Under the pieces are notes generated by a model. That model had not been told where the DNA came from and did not search any database. It was given only the letters and a program-made list of their open reading frames with translations. A stretch of DNA of 64,000 bases from Candidatus Latescibacterota bacterium (GTDB lineage Bacteria; Latescibacterota; UBA2968; GCA-2709665). Position 1 is the first letter of the stretch. Every line of letters begins with the position of its first letter. A program made the position numbers and the translations under genes. Positions 58,746-64,000 of this stretch are shown here, piece by piece. The stretch is taken from positions 192,001 through 256,000 of the forward strand of contig CAXXXF010000016.1 of the NCBI GenBank assembly GCA_963667175.2. The letters run 5' to 3'.

Positions 58746-59852
58746 ATGAAACGGATCAGGTCCGGTATCTTCATCATGCCGTTCCACCCACCGGGCAAGA
58801 CGCTCGGCCAGTGCCATGACGAAGACATGGAACTTCTGATTCGCGCCGACGAACTGGGCATCGATGAATTCTGGATTGGCGAGCATCATACCATGGTCTA
58901 CGAAAACATCGCAATGCCCGAAATATTCATAGGCGCGGCACTGCGCGAAACCAGGAACATCCGGCTGGGTCCGGCGCCCGTGTGTCTGCAGCAACACCAC
59001 CCGGCGCTTGTCGCAAGCCGGTTGTCGTTTCTCGATCATCTTTCCAAAGGGCGGCTGAATCTCTGCTTCGGACCCGGAAGCGTCCCGACGGACCTTGAGA
59101 TCCTGGGTGTCGACCCGCAGGACAGCGCTGCGATGGTCGCCGAATCGATCGGGATCATCCTCAGGCTCTGGCTTACGGATCCGCCCTATGACGTCGATGG
59201 GCGGTTCTGGCGGATCAGGATGGATCGTACCATAGACCCGGAGGTCGGCCTCGGGGTCATCCACAAACCCTTTCAGCGACCTCATCCCCCCATCTCAATG
59301 CCGATCTCCTCGATGAACTCCGAAACGGCCAGGGAGGCGGGCAGGGCGCGGCTTCCAGCCCTTCGGCCACAGCCTGATTCCATCGAACGTCCTGGCGAAC
59401 GTCTGGACCACCTACGAGCAGGCAGCCCTGGCGGCGGGGCATGGTCCGGACCGTTCGGAATACAAGATCGCACGGGCGATCTATCTGGCCGATACGACGG
59501 AGGAGGCGGTCAGACGTGCGAGGTCGAACACCGTGGCGGCCAATTTCGAATACATCGGCACGCTGCTCAAACGCGGCGGCCGGGGGCTCGGCATGTTCAA
59601 GCGCGACCCCGATATGCCCGACGCGGACTGCAATCTGGACTACCTGATGGGCGAGCAGATCATCGCCGGAGACGTGGATACGGTGCTCGAACGTCTGGAC
59701 ACCCTGAGAGCGGAAGTCGGAGACTTCGGCACCCTTGTTATGATGTCGTACGATTGGACGATAAGGACAGCTGGCTGCACAGCCTCGATCTCTTCGCGAA
59801 GGAACTGATGCCGGCCATGAACGGGCTGCCTTCCGCCGAACAGGTGGTGTGA
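58746..59852 (+). CDS. LLM-class flavin-dependent monooxygenase with two compensating frameshifts
   Basis: ADELG.DEFWIGEHH, DHLSKGRL, PFQRPHPPI; the family-like middle (YKIARAIYLADT..IIAGDVDTV) lies in another frame between about 59346 and 59757. Confidence 0.82.
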   Translation: MKRIRSGIFIMPFHPPGKTLGQCHDEDMELLIRADELGIDEFWIGEHHTMVYENIAMPEIFIGAALRETRNIRLGPAPVCLQQHHPALVASRLSFLDHLSKGRLNLCFGPGSVPTDLEILGVDPQDSAAMVAESIGIILRLWLTDPPYDVDGRFWRIRMDRTIDPEVGLGVIHKPFQRPHPPISMPISSMNSETAREAGRARLPALRPQPDSIERPGERLDHLRAGSPGGGAWSGPFGIQDRTGDLSGRYDGGGGQTCEVEHRGGQFRIHRHAAQTRRPGARHVQARPRYARRGLQSGLPDGRADHRRRRGYGARTSGHPESGSRRLRHPCYDVVRLDDKDSWLHSLDLFAKELMPAMNGLPSAEQVV

Positions 59853-59911
59853 ATTCCAGCCGCGACCGGCATTCGAACGGCAACCTGTTTCCCGGACAGG
59901 AGGCCGGAATA

Positions 59912-59949
59912 CGGAAGAGGCGACGCCGTTCACGGCGTCGCCTCTTCCG
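59912..59949. terminator. Long perfect hairpin between convergent genes
   Basis: CGGAAGAGGCGACGCCGT-TC-ACGGCGTCGCCTCTTCCG. Confidence 0.65.
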
Positions 59950-59977
59950 GTCGGATACCAGGCGTTCAGCGGACTGC

Positions 59978-60544
59978 CTACTCCAATTTTTCCGCCGCCT
60001 TGATGGGGAACTCCTCTTCGAATCTCTTCCTGTGGTTCTCTTCCCACCCGTCGATTGATTCCCGAAGCGCCGCGACCATCTGGGGCTCGACCTGCAGCAG
60101 GTCCTTCATCTTAATGGGAAACCTCTGGCCGTCGGGATAAAAACTCCCGTCTACCACCAACTCCTGGAGAAAGGGATAGGCGGACACCAATTCACCGGGC
60201 GAAGGAAGCAGCGGAGTGACGCGCGTATGAACCTTCAACCCGATATAGGTGAGGTGGCTGAATCCCATCCGGAATCGGACGTGAGCGCCAACCTTGTTCA
60301 CGCGCACCTTGTGGCCCGCGTACAGTTCGTTCAATCGCGCCGCCAGCCGCTCCCAATCCTGCTTGAATTCGTTCAGCGGCATCGCTTTGTCGCCGGCAAA
60401 CGCCGCTTCCCGGTCTTTTGCGAGTCTCTTGGCCATCGATAGGGACTGGTCGTCCAGCTTTTTGGTTTTGGCATCCGCCGAAGGCGCAAGGCATACCGAC
60501 AGACAGATGAAGCAACCCACCGAAATCGTGAGAACGAAACGCAC
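59978..60544 (-). CDS. Hypothetical secreted protein
   Basis: Signal peptide ending ADA; GGGAGG RBS; natural composition. Confidence 0.65.
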   Translation of the reverse strand: MRFVLTISVGCFICLSVCLAPSADAKTKKLDDQSLSMAKRLAKDREAAFAGDKAMPLNEFKQDWERLAARLNELYAGHKVRVNKVGAHVRFRMGFSHLTYIGLKVHTRVTPLLPSPGELVSAYPFLQELVVDGSFYPDGQRFPIKMKDLLQVEPQMVAALRESIDGWEENHRKRFEEEFPIKAAEKLE

Positions 60545-60777
60545 TATGGCCTCCCCATTTTAGCGTACGATCGCGCGACACCCCTACCTGATAAAGGCGT
60601 CCCAAGACACCCGACGTCACATCCGGTGCGACACGTCGGGTTTTCGACAGACAAGAGGGTAAGGAATTCTGAACCATCGCGCAAGCGATTTCTCCGGCGC
60701 AGAAGAAAACCCGCGCACCGTGATTCCGGGTGCGCGGGCGCCGATGGTTCCGGAACCGGGCTCTGTTCAGGCCATAG

Positions 60778-60984
60778 CAGCCCGTTGATAAAGTCCATCC
60801 GGGCTGCCTGCCTGTGCGTTCGCACGCAGACAGGCGTCCGGCCCTTGTGACCGAAAAACGGCGTTGCCTGCCTGCAGCAGGCAGGCGCTCCCTCCCCGAA
60901 TCCAGGGATTCGCGTCGGTCGCGCGCCTTGTCTTCGGCCACAATGACTCGGCCTCGCCTGCGGAGCGATTTTTTCAACGGGCTG
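60778..60984. mobile_element. Family A element, inverted copy with two small palindromic inserts
   Basis: Reverse complement of the 16858-17035 body, with TIRs. Confidence 0.85.
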
Positions 60985-61150
60985 GCGGCGGCTGCTCGAC
61001 GTCGAGCAGGGATCCGTTTGAAGCGCCGCGTTGCCCGCCGCAGGAGGAACAGCCGCCTGATCCTGCCAGGAAAGGACTTACAAATTTCCACGTCGCCCAG
61101 AAAGCGCAGGCGATCGCAACACCCGCCGCCACCAACGACTGCCAGTCCAT
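60974..61150 (-). CDS. FeoB-associated Cys-rich membrane protein (58 aa)
   Basis: ATG 5 nt after the feoB stop; TM helix then GGCSSCGG; stop lies inside the element TIR. Confidence 0.75.
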   Translation of the reverse strand: MDWQSLVAAGVAIACAFWATWKFVSPFLAGSGGCSSCGGQRGASNGSLLDVEQPPPAR

Positions 61151-61155
61151 ATTAT

Positions 61156-63387
61156 CTACCCCCATCCCAGGGCCATTGTGCCCTGATAGGCCGCAAACGC
61201 GCCGATATAGGCCAATATCGTCATATAGGCGAACGTCATCGTCGTCCATCCCCAGGACTGCGTCTCCCGGCGGATGACGGCCAGCGTCGACGCGCACTGC
61301 GCACAAAGCGCGAAAAACACCATCACAGACAGCGCGACTGGGATATTGAACACGCGGCGTCCATCCTCCCACGTCGCATTGCGAAGCGCGCTGCGCAGGT
61401 CTTCGGAGGATTCGTCCGCGTCGCCGCTCAAACTGTAGATGGTACCAAGCGTGGCGACAATGACCTCCCGCGCAGGGAAGGAAGCGAGCGTGGCCATCCC
61501 GATGCGCCAATCCCAGCCCAGGGGCCTGACCGCAGGTTCTATCCAGTGGCCGGCCCGGCCCAGATAACTCTCATTCAGGAGGTCAGCGGCCATGCGTGCG
61601 TCCAGGTCCGAGAGTGTTTGCTGCAGCCGCTCACCCGATAGCGTTGCCGTTGCCGTCTGCCGGCGGCGTTCGTACTCTGCAACCGTATCCGCCGATCTGG
61701 GGAAATATGCCAGCGCCCACATCACAATGGTCGCAGCCAGAATGATACTGCCCGCCCGCACCAGGAACGCTCTCGAACTGTGATAGACCCGGAGGCCTAC
61801 CGTCCGTTTGTCCGGCACTTTGTAAGAAGGGAATTCCAAAATAAAAGGCGGCGTCTCGCCTCTCAACAACGTCTTCTTCAGAATCCAGGCGACGGGTACT
61901 GCCGCTACCACACCCACGCAATACATCGCAAAGAGGGTCAACCCCTGCAGACCGACCCATTCTCCCATGATCGCCTTCGCCGGGATAAATGCGCCGATGA
62001 GGATGGTGTAAACCGGTAGCCGGGCCGAACAACTCATCAGCGGCGCCACCAGGATGGTTAGCAGACGGTTCCGACGATCTTCGATGGACCGGGTTGCCAT
62101 AATGCCAGGTACAGCACACGCAAAACTGGACAACATCGGAATGAAGGACTGACCCGAGAGCCCGCACTTTGTCAGGAGTCTGTCCATTAACAGGGCCGCG
62201 CGGGCCATATAGCCGCAATCTTCCAGAATGGCAATGAAGAAAAACAGAATGGCGATCTGCGGCAGAAAAATGACGACACCGCCCACGCCCGCGATGACGC
62301 CGTCCTGAATAAGGCTCTTCAGCGCCCCTTCCGGAAACCACGCGCCGACCCATCCGGACAACCAGGCAAACAGACCGTCAACCGAGTCCATCAACGGACC
62401 GGACCAGGCGTAGATGGCCTGAAATACGACGCCCATGACGGCGACGAACAGGAGCGTCCCCAACAGCCTGTGAGTCAGCACGCGGTCGATGCGGTCCGAG
62501 GGCGTCCTTTGAAGGTACCGGGGTTTCGATTCGCTTTGAGCAAGCACGCGCTTGATCCAGTTATAGCGAACCTCCGACTCCAGGGCGGATAACCCTGAAT
62601 CGGTCGAAAACCGGCCCCGGGCTTCAGCGAGCTTTCCCCGGACCCCGTCACCGTGCGCTTCGATCAGCCGGCGCTCCGCGTAACCGCCTTCGTCGACGAT
62701 CGCCCGGAACGCCTCCGCGCGACAGGAGGACACACTCTGTCCATTGTATGATTGCAGGACCTCCGCGAGACTGTCGACCGCCGCGGGGAATCCCTCCGGA
62801 AACCCCGCGAGAAGCGGTGAAGCCCCGGTACGTCCGTTGTACAGCGCCTGTACCAGTTCGCGGCGCAGGTCGCCCAGCCCCCGGCTGCGGTTTGCGCAAA
62901 CCCCGACCACTGGTACTCCCAGGCGCCGCGAGAGTCCGTCGACGTCTATTCGTATGCCCCGGGCATCCGCCACGTCCATCATATTCAGCGCGACAAGCGT
63001 GGGCAGGCCGAGTTCGAGCACCTGTGAGACCAGGTAAAGATTCCGATAGAGATTGGATGCGTCTACAATGGCCAGAACCGCGTCTACCTTACGTTCGCCG
63101 GGCAGGCGTCCGAGCAGTACGTCGGCGACGATCATCTCATCGGGGGCGTGAGCGGCCAGGCTGTAGGTCCCCGGCAGGTCGACGAGATCCACGGTTCTGT
63201 CATCGGACAGCCTGAGCCGCCCGACCTTACGCTCGACCGTTACGCCGGGATAGTTTCCCACATGTTGAAAAAGTCCGGTAAGACCGTTGAAAAGCGTGGT
63301 CTTACCGGTATTGGGATTGCCCACGAGCGCGATGGTATGGCGTTGATCGGTCCCGGTGTGCAGTCCGCCGGACAACTCCGTAGGCAT
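61156..63387 (-). CDS. feoB: Ferrous iron transport protein B, full length
   Basis: GNPNTGKT, GNYPGVTVE, LEDCGYMAR, SFACAVP, MSCSARLP, AREV, QCAST. Confidence 0.96.
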   Translation of the reverse strand: MPTELSGGLHTGTDQRHTIALVGNPNTGKTTLFNGLTGLFQHVGNYPGVTVERKVGRLRLSDDRTVDLVDLPGTYSLAAHAPDEMIVADVLLGRLPGERKVDAVLAIVDASNLYRNLYLVSQVLELGLPTLVALNMMDVADARGIRIDVDGLSRRLGVPVVGVCANRSRGLGDLRRELVQALYNGRTGASPLLAGFPEGFPAAVDSLAEVLQSYNGQSVSSCRAEAFRAIVDEGGYAERRLIEAHGDGVRGKLAEARGRFSTDSGLSALESEVRYNWIKRVLAQSESKPRYLQRTPSDRIDRVLTHRLLGTLLFVAVMGVVFQAIYAWSGPLMDSVDGLFAWLSGWVGAWFPEGALKSLIQDGVIAGVGGVVIFLPQIAILFFFIAILEDCGYMARAALLMDRLLTKCGLSGQSFIPMLSSFACAVPGIMATRSIEDRRNRLLTILVAPLMSCSARLPVYTILIGAFIPAKAIMGEWVGLQGLTLFAMYCVGVVAAVPVAWILKKTLLRGETPPFILEFPSYKVPDKRTVGLRVYHSSRAFLVRAGSIILAATIVMWALAYFPRSADTVAEYERRRQTATATLSGERLQQTLSDLDARMAADLLNESYLGRAGHWIEPAVRPLGWDWRIGMATLASFPAREVIVATLGTIYSLSGDADESSEDLRSALRNATWEDGRRVFNIPVALSVMVFFALCAQCASTLAVIRRETQSWGWTTMTFAYMTILAYIGAFAAYQGTMALGWG

Positions 63388-63397
63388 GCGTTAAACC

Positions 63398-63700
63398 TCA
63401 TGAGATCGGACTGAGCCTCACGGCGGCCGCATCGTGCATTCGCAAACAGAACCTGGCGTCTTCCACTTGCACCACTAAGCGGCCGCCGGCACGAAGCTTG
63501 CGAACGCGTACTCCCGGGCAAACACCCAGTTCGCGCAACCGGGAAGCCAGGGGTGAATCCCCGACAACCGATTCGACCGTGCCTTCGTCGCCCACGTCCA
63601 GTCCGGCAAGCGAACCCCGGAACATCCGATTCGACCCGTTCTTCCGATCGGGCCGGGGCCGGGCGCGGCGAGCAACCAGTTGCATCAGGCGCGCCATCAT
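63398..63700 (-). CDS. feoA: FeoA family protein; start uncertain
   Basis: SRLRELGVCPG..V; directly upstream of feoB. Confidence 0.85.
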   Translation of the reverse strand: MMARLMQLVARRARPRPDRKNGSNRMFRGSLAGLDVGDEGTVESVVGDSPLASRLRELGVCPGVRVRKLRAGGRLVVQVEDARFCLRMHDAAAVRLSPIS

Positions 63701-63731
63701 TGCGCCATCCTTTTCTTGTCGGGTCGTTGGA

Positions 63732-64000
63732 TCAACTCTCGGAACCGATTCTGAGCAGACACTCGTCCTCGCAGATCGGGCAATCGTCCTGGTCGTGGCA
63801 AAAATCGCCTGTCTGCCAGAACGCGTTCAGAAACTCCCGCGCTTCAGGCGTTTCCGCGAGCAGGAATCTCACGAAATTCAGCAATTTTTCGCTGGTTTCC
63901 TCGCTCAACAGGTGTTCCACCTTGCACGCGTCCACTTCCGACTGATGGCTTTCGACCTGCAGCACGTCCTTCAGAAACTTGCGAACGATGGCGCGCTTGG
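63732..64000 (-). CDS. DtxR-family regulator, C-terminal part (runs off the window)
   Basis: RKFLKDVLQV...DACKVEHLLSEET dimerisation motif; Cys-rich tail. Confidence 0.75.
   Translation of the reverse strand, partial: KRAIVRKFLKDVLQVESHQSEVDACKVEHLLSEETSEKLLNFVRFLLAETPEAREFLNAFWQTGDFCHDQDDCPICEDECLLRIGSES

Noticed and set aside
1-64000. CRISPR array, rRNA, prophage or autonomous transposase
   Set aside because: No regularly spaced repeats, rRNA-like sequence, phage genes or DDE/HUH motifs seen

Overview
GC-rich bacterial chromosomal window, mostly minus-strand genes. The protein types (EF-hand/dockerin-tailed secreted protease, many sugar-acid enzymes, Mla and outer-membrane proteins) suggest a diderm such as Latescibacterota/Gemmatimonadota; this is inference only. 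Contents in order: xanthine-dehydrogenase-family molybdoenzyme operon; ABC exporter behind a probable leader-peptide attenuator; rhodanese with a long structured leader; LexA with a candidate unfamiliar operator; an accessory patch (orphan antitoxin, toxin remnant, trypsin-like protease, SUMF1 fragment); three tRNAs (Pro-CGG, Pro-GGG, Arg-CCG); an mlaEFD operon extended by two FG-GAP paralogues, one fused to a tetraheme cytochrome c; sigma70 factor, bS22-like small protein and HU; heterodimeric ABC exporter; sugar-modifying enzymes; PPK2, lysC, hprK, map; and a 10-kb metal-uptake region with two Feo systems and three DtxR-family regulators. A family of miniature inverted-repeat elements carrying smaller nested elements occurs five times. 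Four single-G indels disrupt three genes and may be sequencing errors. No CRISPR array, integrase or transposase was seen. All calls come from motif reading, not database searches.
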